In this document: positions 16,372-25,705 of the stretch, piece by piece
Layout of the letters: each line of letters begins with the position of its first letter
How positions within the stretch are numbered: position 1 is the first letter of the stretch
Source of the DNA: a virus
Lineage: Duplodnaviria; Caudoviricetes
Direction: 5' to 3' (one strand)
DNA: 40,003 nucleotides
IMG/VR virus record: IMGVR_UViG_3300042334_000681
Coordinates: 1-40,003 of that record
The notes under the pieces: generated by a model
Told to the model about the DNA's origin: nothing
Databases searched by the model: none
Seen by the model: the letters and a program-made list of their open reading frames with translations, nothing else
Position numbers and translations under genes: made by a program

Positions 16372-16639
16372 ACAAGAATTTGCTAAAGTGGTACAGGCGT
16401 GGGCAGACGGAGAGACTATCCAATGGAGGCTCATTGAATCAAGTCGATGGGAAGACATAAATTTACAATATCCTATGAATTGGAACACTACACGGCTAGA
16501 CTATCGAATCAAGCCTAAAGATGTTATTGAGCATCGTTATACATATTCAAGCTGGTCTGGCCCCGACAACCGTATGGCGGATGTAAAGCTAACATTCACA
16601 AACGGTAAACTAACAAACGCAGAGGTGCTAAATGACTAA
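16364..16639 (+). CDS. Hypothetical protein
   Basis: AWADGETIQ...W...YRIKP pattern. Confidence 0.7.
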   Translation: MNKQEFAKVVQAWADGETIQWRLIESSRWEDINLQYPMNWNTTRLDYRIKPKDVIEHRYTYSSWSGPDNRMADVKLTFTNGKLTNAEVLND

Positions 16640-17198
16640 AGACCAATATAAAGAGAGCTGTGGACGCATTGGTGTGCCTTACTTTGAACATGAGTTTAAT
16701 GAGAAGATGCAGGACTACATCAAGAGCATTCAAGCAAACACAGAAGGCTATAAAGAGGCAGCCTCAAACCCCCTTCTCTTTGACGAGCCTGTAAAGGGCG
16801 TGTACAAGGACTCAGAGGGAGACTATGTGTATTTCAGGGGAATCTTCAATGGAGAAGACAACATCCGTTTAGACTACATTCGTAACACTTCTCTCGACAC
16901 AGCTTTAGAGCTGATGACAGACCAGCCAGAAGATTATGACGTTGTAGGGAAGCCAAAGCACTATATGCTCTTTGAGAACATTGGCATTGAAGTGCGTGAT
17001 GTCATTGAGAAACTTGTAGCTAAGGTGGATAAGCAAATGGGAGAGGGAGTTGTTCCTTATAGCCCTCTGTTTAGTTCAGACTATACGCAGATGATGCAAT
17101 ATGGTATGCGCTTTATGGAGAAGAACGGGAAGGAAGACCTAGAGAAGATGCAACAGTATTTGCAGTGGCTTATTGATGCGTATGACCGTGCTTCTTGA
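16632..17198 (+). CDS. DUF3310 / T7 gp1.7-like protein (putative nucleotide kinase)
   Basis: C-terminal DVV.KPKHY...IEV.D.I...Y..R...KNG.EDLEK...YL. Confidence 0.7.
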   Translation: MTKDQYKESCGRIGVPYFEHEFNEKMQDYIKSIQANTEGYKEAASNPLLFDEPVKGVYKDSEGDYVYFRGIFNGEDNIRLDYIRNTSLDTALELMTDQPEDYDVVGKPKHYMLFENIGIEVRDVIEKLVAKVDKQMGEGVVPYSPLFSSDYTQMMQYGMRFMEKNGKEDLEKMQQYLQWLIDAYDRAS

Positions 17199-17337
17199 AG
17201 AACTAAAAGAGAAGCTGGAAAGGCTTGATGAGGTGTCCTTGCTAGAGCTGTTGAACATCAGCAGCAGAGACCTTATCAATGCCTTTGCAGACGTTGTAGA
17301 AGATAATATGGACAAGTTTTTAAAGGAAGTAGAATAG
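17182..17337 (+). CDS. Hypothetical protein, 51 aa
   Basis: Read manually: MTVLLEELKEKLERLDEVSLLELLNISS...; fills the gap before the RNR. Confidence 0.65.
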   Translation: MTVLLEELKEKLERLDEVSLLELLNISSRDLINAFADVVEDNMDKFLKEVE

Positions 17338-17338
17338 T

Positions 17339-18973
17339 ATGAGTGAATTTCGTAATAGTTTTGCAGAGAATGTGTTTCGTTTTAAGTACGCCCAAGGGCC
17401 GGGAGACACATGGGCTAAGTTGTCAGAGCGTTTAGTTGAAGACGTATGTGGTAGCCGTAATGGTACAACCAGCACCCTTATGTCAGAAACTGACCGTAAA
17501 CTTCTGACACAATATATCAAGGAGATGAAATTCTTGCCCGGAGGTCGTTACCTTTATTACGCAGGTCGTCCGTTCAAGGCATATAACAACTGTTTCCTGC
17601 TTCGTGCTGAAGAAGACACACGAGAGGAGTGGAGCAACGTTACATGGCGAGCAATGAGCTGTTTAATGACAGGTGGAGGCATTGGTATTGACTACAGCCG
17701 CCTACGTCCTTCAGGGAAGGCTTTGAGCCGTACAGGAGGCACTGCCAGCGGCCCTATTCCATTGATGAACGCCATTAATGAGATTGGTCGTAATGTGATG
17801 CAGGGAGGAAGCCGTAGGTCTGCTATTTATGCTAGTCTTAATTGGCAGCATGATGACATTCAGAAGTTTCTTACCATGAAGAATTGGAACGAAGACATCA
17901 AGGCCATGAAAGCAAAAGATTTCAATGCATCTGCGCCTTTGGACATGACTAACATTTCAGTGAATTATGATGATGCCTCGTTAGTAGGTGGTCTTGAGAA
18001 CAACGCTGTGTTTAAACAGAATGTACGACAGGCTATGGAAACAGCAGAACCGGGCTTTAGCTTTAACTTTGGAGATAAACAGAATGAAACGCTTAGAAAC
18101 GCTTGTACTGAAGTTACGTCTGAAGATGATAGTGACGTATGCAATCTTGGCTCAATCAACATGGGCAATATTACAAGTTTGGAAGAATTCGAATCAGTGG
18201 TTACGCTTGCCTCCAAATTCCTTGTGTGTGGCACCTTACGAGCAGACCTTCCCTATGATAAAGTCTACAAGGTACGGGAAAAGAACCGTCGTCTTGGACT
18301 TGGGCTTATGGGTATCCACGAATGGCTCCTCAAGCGCAATTACGGATATGAAGTAGTCCCAGAGCTACATAAATGGTTAGCAGTTTATAAAGATGAAAGC
18401 AAACGAGCAGCAGATGAACATTGTGACCGATTCTTTATTAGTCGACCAGCAGCTTATCGAGCTATCGCTCCTACAGGTTCGATTGGCATACTTGCAGGGA
18501 CGACTACAGGAATCGAACCACTCTTTGCTGTGGCATATAAACGAAGGTTTCTCACGGAAGGGACGAAGTGGAAGTATCAGTACGTCATTGACGGAACAGC
18601 TCAAATCCTTATCGACCAATATGGAGTTGACCCAAGCAAGATTGAAAGTGCTATTGACCTAAGTGAAAACTATGAACAGCGAATTAAGTTCCAAGCAGAC
18701 ATTCAGGACTATGTGGATATGTCTATTAGCTCGACTATCAACCTGCCAAGTTGGGGTTCAAAGTTCAATAACGCAGGAGAGGTTGATAAATTTACAGCTG
18801 TCCTTGCAAAATATGCCCCACGTCTTCGTGGCTTTACTTGTTATCCGGATGGTAGCCGTGGCGGTCAACCGTTAACCTCAGTGCCTTATGAAGAGGCGTT
18901 GAAACATAAGGATGTAGTGTATGAAGAAGTTGACATTTGTGAACTCACTGGTGGTGGAAGCTGTGGTGTATGA
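17339..18973 (+). CDS. nrdJ: Ribonucleotide reductase, probably class II (B12-dependent)
   Basis: PGGR, NNCF, GGSRRSA, NACTE, CNLGSIN, APTGS, C-terminal Cys pair; no beta-subunit gene in the genome. Confidence 0.85.
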   Translation: MSEFRNSFAENVFRFKYAQGPGDTWAKLSERLVEDVCGSRNGTTSTLMSETDRKLLTQYIKEMKFLPGGRYLYYAGRPFKAYNNCFLLRAEEDTREEWSNVTWRAMSCLMTGGGIGIDYSRLRPSGKALSRTGGTASGPIPLMNAINEIGRNVMQGGSRRSAIYASLNWQHDDIQKFLTMKNWNEDIKAMKAKDFNASAPLDMTNISVNYDDASLVGGLENNAVFKQNVRQAMETAEPGFSFNFGDKQNETLRNACTEVTSEDDSDVCNLGSINMGNITSLEEFESVVTLASKFLVCGTLRADLPYDKVYKVREKNRRLGLGLMGIHEWLLKRNYGYEVVPELHKWLAVYKDESKRAADEHCDRFFISRPAAYRAIAPTGSIGILAGTTTGIEPLFAVAYKRRFLTEGTKWKYQYVIDGTAQILIDQYGVDPSKIESAIDLSENYEQRIKFQADIQDYVDMSISSTINLPSWGSKFNNAGEVDKFTAVLAKYAPRLRGFTCYPDGSRGGQPLTSVPYEEALKHKDVVYEEVDICELTGGGSCGV

Positions 18974-19230
18974 TACCAAAGACCTTTAACCTTGTTGGGG
19001 GAAAGTGGACAGTGAAGATGGTGAAGGACATGACCGACTTAGGTCGATGTGACCCCGCTGTTTTCACCCTTTACATCAAGGAGGGCTTAAACCCTCTGTA
19101 TGCCGAACAGGTGTTTTACCACGAGATTGTCCATGCTATACTGTTCTCAATGGGGCGTAACGACCATGACGAGGTATTTGTTGACAGCTTTGGTGCTTTG
19201 TTGCATCAATTTACAAGGAGCCAACGGTGA
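18970..19230 (+). CDS. Small HExxH metallopeptidase-like protein
   Basis: FYHEIVHAI...DE. Confidence 0.65.
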   Translation: MIPKTFNLVGGKWTVKMVKDMTDLGRCDPAVFTLYIKEGLNPLYAEQVFYHEIVHAILFSMGRNDHDEVFVDSFGALLHQFTRSQR

Positions 19231-19475
19231 TAGTTTATTATGACAAACTACCCCGACAATGGGTAGGCAGCTTTGGGTGCTATTACATGGCAAGAGCTGT
19301 TGAAAGCACAGGTAAACTAGAAGTGGCGAAGTTTGTTGTGTCTCAAGACATTCTTCCTAAGTTTATACGAGCAGCGGAACAGGCTTTGAAAGAGGCTTGT
19401 ACTGAAATAGTATTTCATAGGGATACAGGACAGCCGTGGACAAAGACATATGAAGGAGAAACTTATGCAAATTGA
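19227..19475 (+). CDS. Hypothetical protein
   Basis: GTGA overlap, SD AAGGAG. Confidence 0.6.
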   Translation: MIVYYDKLPRQWVGSFGCYYMARAVESTGKLEVAKFVVSQDILPKFIRAAEQALKEACTEIVFHRDTGQPWTKTYEGETYAN

Positions 19476-19665
19476 CATAGATTGGATATCTGGCCTAGTG
19501 GTTGGCATCGAGAGTGGGGTTGCCTATGAGATGGACGATGACGGCAACATTCCAAACGAAGGAGCTGCTTGTGCCACCATCACTATTTCATTAGGTGTGT
19601 TTCGCATTGAAATATACCTAGACGGAGATGATGGAGGTATTCCCTTGAAAGAGAAACAGGCATAG
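19465..19665 (+). CDS. Hypothetical protein
   Basis: SD AAGGAG before ATG at 19465; last gene of the + arm. Confidence 0.65.
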   Translation: MQIDIDWISGLVVGIESGVAYEMDDDGNIPNEGAACATITISLGVFRIEIYLDGDDGGIPLKEKQA

Positions 19666-19683
19666 CATTTGCTATTCGCAAAC

Positions 19684-19729
19684 AACAAAAAGCCGCTAGA
19701 GGGACTTCCCTTTAGCGGCTTTGTTGTTT
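19684..19729. terminator. Bidirectional intrinsic terminator at arm convergence
   Basis: AAAAAGCCGCTAGAGGG-ACTT-CCCTTTAGCGGCTTTGTT; A-rich left and T-rich right flanks. Confidence 0.9.
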
Positions 19730-19730
19730 C

Positions 19731-20111
19731 TTAGGAGGCAACTCCCTTGGTCTTCTCAAATGTCCGTAGACCACCCATCCCTAGCATTCCCATCATTAGC
19801 TGCCATAGGTTGTCATCCAGACCGGGGAAGGACAGAGCAGGAAAGAAGGCTATAACTAGAGGACGTACCAAGTATTGATACATCAGAGCTAGTCCACACA
19901 CCCATCCAATGAACGGTCTCCAGCCAGCTACAAATATGCTGCTGCTAGCTGCTTCCGTCTTGTTTATCTCTGTCTGAGCCATCATTGCTGCTAGCTCTCC
20001 GTTCTGTTGTAGCTTCATCAGCTCTAGCTTTGCTTCTGCTGCTTTAGAGGGGTCGGGGAACACCTTATCAAACACCTTAGAGGCAAGCCCTAGTAATATG
20101 TCTACACCCAT
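19731..20111 (-). CDS. Holin (GTA 3TM-holin-like)
   Basis: FVAGWRPFIGWVCG...GMLGMGGLRTFEK; near the endolysin. Confidence 0.8.
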   Translation of the reverse strand: MGVDILLGLASKVFDKVFPDPSKAAEAKLELMKLQQNGELAAMMAQTEINKTEAASSSIFVAGWRPFIGWVCGLALMYQYLVRPLVIAFFPALSFPGLDDNLWQLMMGMLGMGGLRTFEKTKGVAS

Positions 20112-20386
20112 TATATGTGTCCTTTGTAAAAGAAGTTGCAGAAGGCTTGTGTCTTACGACCTACAAAGCCAGCCCACCCGTCCTGTTTAATGAGCCTTAA
20201 GCAGCGAGTGCTGAAGGTGTGCTCCCCCTTTCGAGGGAAGTCCCATGTGAGCAGGGCTAGTTCCGTATAGTTTGCTACAATGTCAATTACCCACGCCACT
20301 ATAGTAATCGGCAGCAGCAAACACCACAGCCCTCCTCTAATGCCTTGGATGGCTAAGGGGTATAACAGGGCTAATAACAAGCTCAT
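20111..20386 (-). CDS. Membrane protein in the lysis cassette
   Basis: Hydrophobic N-half, T.S.R...C...GH end; ATGA overlap with the endolysin. Confidence 0.6.
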   Translation of the reverse strand: MSLLLALLYPLAIQGIRGGLWCLLLPITIVAWVIDIVANYTELALLTWDFPRKGEHTFSTRCLRLIKQDGWAGFVGRKTQAFCNFFYKGHI

Positions 20387-20760
20387 GGATATACCTTTCT
20401 GTCCAATTCCCAATGTGGCCCGTCCTTAAATCCTTTAAAAGAGCCTCCCCATATTAAAGGAATGTTTAATACCTTAGCCACCCCGAGAATGTGCTCTGCA
20501 AGCTCCTCGTATTTATGAAACTCCCATGAAGCCTTCCCGTTGATGAGAACACAGACATCCACAGCTTTCCCTGTTAAATGTCTGCTGTTCATGGTCTTGC
20601 TCTTTCCTGCTGCTACAAGCTCTTTCTGGCGTTCTAGCGTTCGTAGACCATCCGTAATGCTGAAGTCGTAAGGAGGGGCTTCTATGGCCTTGTGCATCAC
20701 CTTCTGTAGGTCTTCATGCACACAGGCTAAGAAAGCCTCGCTTTTAGTACCAAAGTTCAT
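20383..20760 (-). CDS. Endolysin, peptidase M15 family
   Basis: GLRT..RQ...SRHLTGKAVD...WGG...DGPHWEL. Confidence 0.9.
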   Translation of the reverse strand: MNFGTKSEAFLACVHEDLQKVMHKAIEAPPYDFSITDGLRTLERQKELVAAGKSKTMNSRHLTGKAVDVCVLINGKASWEFHKYEELAEHILGVAKVLNIPLIWGGSFKGFKDGPHWELDRKVYP

Positions 20761-22580
20761 TGGTCTACCTCTTGTCGTAGTGCTTCCATCTCTTGCTTTT
20801 CTTGAGGAGACAACCCTTGAGGAGTGCCTCCACCTTCTTTACTAAGCTCCCTATAAATTTCAGCTAGTTTTAAAGAAGAAGCAGCAAAGTTTCCCTTGTC
20901 TGCAAGAGCCGCTGATTGAAGCAACTTGTTTGTTAGCACACTAGAATAAGCTACCCGTGCTGCCAGCTTAGGAGCTAAGACCAAAGTGACAATCCCTCCA
21001 GCAGCTCCAATACCTGCGCCTTCTTTGGAATCTCCAATAAAAGCACCTGCTGCTGTACCAACACCCGTTGACAAAGCTGCTGCTGAAGCTAAGTCAATAG
21101 CCTTTCCTCGCTGCCCTAGAATCTCTCCTGCTTTAGCTACGGCTCGTGCTCTGTTCTGTACATCTTTAGGGAGAATTGCATCAAACTGCTCTGCCTTGGC
21201 TTTGTCTTTAAGTCTGGAGGCTACTTGTGTAACGCCTGAGTCAGCAAATGTTTTCTCAAGGTATGCCCGTTGAATGTTCTCAGCGAGACCTGTCGTATCT
21301 ACTCCAAGGCTCTTAGCCTTATTGAGCATTATCTGTGTCTCTTTCCAAGCAGATGTTGTCCCATTACTTATTAGGTTATCAGCTATCTTTTCTGGGTATT
21401 TATTAGCAGCGTTAGCAAGTATCTTAGGGTCTAGTTGCGCAATGGCTTGTTTGTATCCGCTTGTTAAAGCCTTATACCGTGCCAGAAGCTCAGGAGAAGC
21501 GTTACCCGCTGCATTGTCCATAGCTTTACTAATTTCTTCTACAGCCTTGCTGACAATGTTATACGCAGGAGTTCCTTTTTCCATCTCACGCTGCTTCTCT
21601 AGCAAACTAGAGCGAACCTCGTTAGCCTGTTTAAAGGTGAGTTCTGGCTTCAGTGCCAAGAGACTCTTTGCTTCTGTCTCTGCTGCTGTTCCCATGATGT
21701 TAGAAGCAGCCGCACCTTGTACCAGCTTTTCTTTAGCTCCTCCTAGAGCTGCTGTTCCAATGTTATTAACGGAAGACATAGACACAGCAAGTGAGCCTCC
21801 ATCATCCATCAACTCACCTAGCGTTTCCCCATAGTTTTTATAGAGAGTGCTTCTGCCCTGCTTTTGAGCAGTCATTAGACCTGTACCAATGTTTTCACGG
21901 GATAAGACAGTCGAGGTAATTTCATCAGCTAAAGAAGAAACTTCTTTAGAGATGGCATCAGTCATCGCTCTATCAGCCTCGGAAGCTGCTTTAGTTGGGC
22001 CAATACGAGAAATACGTTCAACCACTTTAGGAAGAACACCCTCACTTGCCTCTTGAATGCCTAAAGTAGTGCCATACCTTTTTAGCATACCTTGCACTTC
22101 TTGTTTAGCAGCAATCTCTGCTTCTTTAGAAATGACAGGCCCAAGTAGCTTTGTGCCTAAAGCAGACTCACGCAGTAAAGCAGCACCTTTTGAAAACCCC
22201 TTACCAATAACTTGTCCAGCTCCTTCTGCTACAGACCCTTTAAAGAATTCCTCTGGATATTCTAAAGCCATCTTTGCAGCATCGACAGGTTTATTTAGAC
22301 CAAAGGTTTCAATAAGTTGCTTACCCGCTGTTCCTCCCATAGCTCCTAAACCTGAAAGAGCCATTCTTGCAGGGATAGCTATTGCAGGTGCAAAGGCAGT
22401 GGCTGCAATAGAACCCACCATTGGTAGAGTTTCTGCAGCAGCTTCCATTGCCGTTCTTTTAGTATATTCAGGGGACAACATTGAGATGTCTTCTCCTGCT
22501 ATTGGCGTTCCTGTTGGGCCGTAACCAAGCTCTTTTCTTAGAGAATCTAATTCTTCTAGCTCTGCTGTTGTTAAAGCCAT
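20757..22580 (-). CDS. Internal virion/DNA ejection protein (putative)
   Basis: 607 aa, Ala/Gly-rich helical, last of three large genes after the tail genes. Confidence 0.6.
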   Translation of the reverse strand: MALTTAELEELDSLRKELGYGPTGTPIAGEDISMLSPEYTKRTAMEAAAETLPMVGSIAATAFAPAIAIPARMALSGLGAMGGTAGKQLIETFGLNKPVDAAKMALEYPEEFFKGSVAEGAGQVIGKGFSKGAALLRESALGTKLLGPVISKEAEIAAKQEVQGMLKRYGTTLGIQEASEGVLPKVVERISRIGPTKAASEADRAMTDAISKEVSSLADEITSTVLSRENIGTGLMTAQKQGRSTLYKNYGETLGELMDDGGSLAVSMSSVNNIGTAALGGAKEKLVQGAAASNIMGTAAETEAKSLLALKPELTFKQANEVRSSLLEKQREMEKGTPAYNIVSKAVEEISKAMDNAAGNASPELLARYKALTSGYKQAIAQLDPKILANAANKYPEKIADNLISNGTTSAWKETQIMLNKAKSLGVDTTGLAENIQRAYLEKTFADSGVTQVASRLKDKAKAEQFDAILPKDVQNRARAVAKAGEILGQRGKAIDLASAAALSTGVGTAAGAFIGDSKEGAGIGAAGGIVTLVLAPKLAARVAYSSVLTNKLLQSAALADKGNFAASSLKLAEIYRELSKEGGGTPQGLSPQEKQEMEALRQEVDQ

Positions 22581-23776
22581 TATCGACCTCCTCCTGCTTT
22601 TGCTTTTGCTTCAAGTTCTGCTAAACGTGCTTTTTTATCTGCAAGGGGCGTAGTAGGTATTTCAACAGTTAATGGTCTGTTTGTCTTAATTCCTTCAACA
22701 GACTTGTTGTGTTGTTTAATAACATTTGTAGCTGCTCGGTCGTTAATATCAATAATTCGTTCCATTGCTTTCTGTGTCAATGTAATACGACCAGCAGCAA
22801 TATCGGCTGCATATTTACGGTCTCCGTCTGAAAGACCTGTACCAGCACCGAATTGTTTAATAATTCTTCCTACGTTAGCACCCATGTTTGCAACATATGC
22901 TTGAGAATTAGCAGCAGCATCCGAAGATGTTGTTTCAATTCCTGCCTGTAACAAAGCGTTGTTTAGACCAATTAAGAAGTCCGCACCTGTACCTGTAATT
23001 GCTCCTGCTTTTAGGAGACCTTTAGCTACCGCATTAGTCCGTAAAATAGTTGCTGCATCTTGTGCTCCTACTTTACTAGTTAATACGTCCTTAGCCTGAC
23101 CTTCTCCAAGTGATTTATCAAATTGAGTTTCTTGTACATCTCCACGGACATTGACACTTGTGCGCCTGTCTGGAGCCGAACCGATACGGGCAATTTTATC
23201 ACCTGTTGTCTTGTTAACAAGGTAGATGCCTTCTGATGTTTCAGAAAGAGCTGTTTGGTCGGCTTTCTCAACATTGTCAAGGTCAGAGACATTACCTGAT
23301 TTTGAATACTTTTCAACACTAGTTGGAGTATATTTACCTGTTCGAATGAGCTGCTGTAACGGGTCTGCCCCTTGCTTCTCTCGTAAGGCTTGTTGTGTTC
23401 TAGCTTCTGTAAGACCAAGGTCAGCAGCAGATTTGCGTAGGCTTTGTGCATGAGCATACATCTGTTGTGCTTCGTTGCCATAGCCCATAGCTGCTGCTTG
23501 TTGAGCCATAGCTGTGGCTCCTTCAACTGTATTGAAGTCTCCGCTTTGCATAATGCCTTGTAGGTCGCTGCTTTTCTTCATCTGTGGGTCTTGTGCCCCT
23601 AGCATGCCTCCTACAGCTCCTGCAAGCTGGTTTCCTCCCTTGTAGAGCATTTGTGTGGCTCGTTGTTCAGGAGACAATTGAGCAAAGGCATTAGCCTTTG
23701 TTGTCAGCTCTTGGTCACGTTGCATAGCAAGCTCTTGAGGAGAGAAGCCAAATAGTCCTTTTACAATTTCAGTCAT
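22580..23776 (-). CDS. Internal virion/DNA ejection protein (putative)
   Basis: Gln/Ala-rich; SD AAGGA favours a start at 23776. Confidence 0.6.
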   Translation of the reverse strand: MTEIVKGLFGFSPQELAMQRDQELTTKANAFAQLSPEQRATQMLYKGGNQLAGAVGGMLGAQDPQMKKSSDLQGIMQSGDFNTVEGATAMAQQAAAMGYGNEAQQMYAHAQSLRKSAADLGLTEARTQQALREKQGADPLQQLIRTGKYTPTSVEKYSKSGNVSDLDNVEKADQTALSETSEGIYLVNKTTGDKIARIGSAPDRRTSVNVRGDVQETQFDKSLGEGQAKDVLTSKVGAQDAATILRTNAVAKGLLKAGAITGTGADFLIGLNNALLQAGIETTSSDAAANSQAYVANMGANVGRIIKQFGAGTGLSDGDRKYAADIAAGRITLTQKAMERIIDINDRAATNVIKQHNKSVEGIKTNRPLTVEIPTTPLADKKARLAELEAKAKAGGGR

Positions 23777-23784
23777 ATATTTCC

Positions 23785-24750
23785 TTAGTCCCAAGAGTTT
23801 GTGCCAAATGCATAAGCACCGGGGTCAGCTTTAAAAGTACCTGTGGGTCTATTGAACATATTAGCAACACCAGACATTAGCTGTTGATTACCTAAAGCAC
23901 CGCCAATGGCATCTGCCCAAGGGTTTTGCCGATTGGCTGTTCCCATTGTGTTTGCTGCTGCCATGCCTCCTTGATACAGGGTGTTACCTGCATTACCTCC
24001 ATATTGAGCAGCTCGACCTCCTAGCTCACTGCCCATTGAGAGGGAATTTGCTCCTGCGCTTTCAAGGGTCTGCGCCAAGCCAAACTGTGTTTTATAGGGG
24101 TCATAGGCTTTAGAGGTGAGGTCAATGCCTCCACCTAACAGCCCTTGTCCGAAGGAGGTTTGTGCCCTGCCTTCTGCCTGTGCCTGTGTTGCAAGACCAG
24201 CATTCTGTTGTGCTAAGGCGTTGTAATAGGCTTGTGCTTCGGGGTTGGCTGCTCCTAGAGAGCCTCCCTGAGCCACAGACAACCCTCCCCTGCCTGTGTT
24301 CTGTAGGTTCTGCTGCATACGAGCATATGCCATGTCGTTACTAGGGGCTAACAAGGCTTGTTGCTTTTGCATCCAGCTTTGAGCTGCTTGCTCAGGCGAT
24401 GTGGCTAAATAGCCCTTTCCGAGGTTGAAAAGCCCTTGACCAGCCTGTTGTCCCTGCTGAATCATGTCCATGCCAGACCCACCAGCTTGTGCTAAGAAAG
24501 CATCTCGCTGTGCTGCCATTTGTGGGCTGAGGGTGTAACCTGCTGAGGTTAAATTCCCTTGAGCATCTGTACCGAAGTTGCTCTTACCAAAGGCTGTTGT
24601 AACCCCTACAGGTCGAAACCGTTGAGCATCTGCTGCTATACGAGCAGCCTCTAGCTGTGCGTTGGCTTGGGTGTTAGCTGCCTCCTTGTTGCTTTGGCTT
24701 TGCATATAGCCACCAAGAAGACTTGCTCCTGCTGCAATTAATGGTAACAT
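23785..24750 (-). CDS. DNA transfer/pilot-like internal protein
   Basis: N-terminal IAAGASLLGG; Gly/Ala/Gln-rich. Confidence 0.65.
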   Translation of the reverse strand: MLPLIAAGASLLGGYMQSQSNKEAANTQANAQLEAARIAADAQRFRPVGVTTAFGKSNFGTDAQGNLTSAGYTLSPQMAAQRDAFLAQAGGSGMDMIQQGQQAGQGLFNLGKGYLATSPEQAAQSWMQKQQALLAPSNDMAYARMQQNLQNTGRGGLSVAQGGSLGAANPEAQAYYNALAQQNAGLATQAQAEGRAQTSFGQGLLGGGIDLTSKAYDPYKTQFGLAQTLESAGANSLSMGSELGGRAAQYGGNAGNTLYQGGMAAANTMGTANRQNPWADAIGGALGNQQLMSGVANMFNRPTGTFKADPGAYAFGTNSWD

Positions 24751-24939
24751 TTATATGTCCTTGCGCTTAAGTTTTAATGATGAAGAAGATGCCGAGAGAA
24801 GGCTGTAGGTTTGCATCTGTACCTTCCCTTTGGCTAATATGCTTAAATGGTCGTATGTATGTTTATGTTGAACAGCAAATGTTCCCTTCGGGAGGAGCAT
24901 TTCCTTGGCATATAAGCCATCAGAGAAGTTGTGTAGCAT
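24751..24939 (-). pseudogene. Truncated cupin-fold protein
   Basis: HNFSDGLYAKE...HKHTYDH...KGKV (cupin motif 1) then a low-complexity tail with no motif 2. Confidence 0.5.
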
Positions 24940-24940
24940 A

Positions 24941-25696
24941 TTAGCTCAATTCGTACCAGAAGTTGTATGTTGGAGTTCCGGCAGTAGTGACAAACGACAC
25001 TGAATAAGTAGCCCCTACAGGCACAATAATAGTGCCAATAAACGGATAGCTGCCTCCGGCTGAGTACCAGCTTACAAAAGGGACAGCTACACCATTAATA
25101 GTGCAAGACATATATCCACCACCTGAACCACCACTGTAGCCTCCAACAGAAACTTCAATGGGTTTTCCTGTGCTGTTGGTATATGTTGTAGATAATGCCC
25201 GTACACTTTGTTTATCCGCCCATACTTGACCCACACCAAACCCGCTATTTGGGTGTACATGGTCTTCACGAGCAAATTTAGTAGCTGTTCCTACAGCTGC
25301 TGTTCCGTTTGCTAGAGGAGTTGCCAATGCTGCTTGAGCAAGAACAAAAGCTGTAGAAGCTATTTGTGTTGTGTTAGTGTTTACAGAGGCTGTAGGCACA
25401 GCAGGAACACCTGTGAATGTAGGGCTTGCTAACGGAGCTTTTAGAGCCACATCTGAACTAACAGAGGAAACAAAAGCTGTAGTGGCTAGTTGTGTAGTGT
25501 TTGTCCCTGCTGTTGCTGTGGGAGCTGTGGGTGTCCCTGTAAACACAGGAGACAACAGGTCTGCCTTGGTTGCTGAGGAGATAGCTAAGTTATTAAACTC
25601 AGTGTCTAGCTCTGCTCCCTTTACAATTTTAAGAGCATTACCACTAGGGAGCGTGTCCTTAGAGGTAAAGGCCGTACTTTTTACATAATCTGTCAT
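24941..25696 (-). CDS. Tail fibre protein
   Basis: Two SP.FTG.P..PTA...NTTQ.A.TAFV repeats; C-terminal YTNSTGKPI domain. Confidence 0.8.
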   Translation of the reverse strand: MTDYVKSTAFTSKDTLPSGNALKIVKGAELDTEFNNLAISSATKADLLSPVFTGTPTAPTATAGTNTTQLATTAFVSSVSSDVALKAPLASPTFTGVPAVPTASVNTNTTQIASTAFVLAQAALATPLANGTAAVGTATKFAREDHVHPNSGFGVGQVWADKQSVRALSTTYTNSTGKPIEVSVGGYSGGSGGGYMSCTINGVAVPFVSWYSAGGSYPFIGTIIVPVGATYSVSFVTTAGTPTYNFWYELS

Positions 25697-25705
25697 TTGT
25701 TTTCC

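Noticed and set aside
20986-22524. Long + strand ORFs opposite structural genes (also 1156-1581 and 38670-39119)
   Set aside because: Antisense shadow frames of well-supported minus-strand genes.
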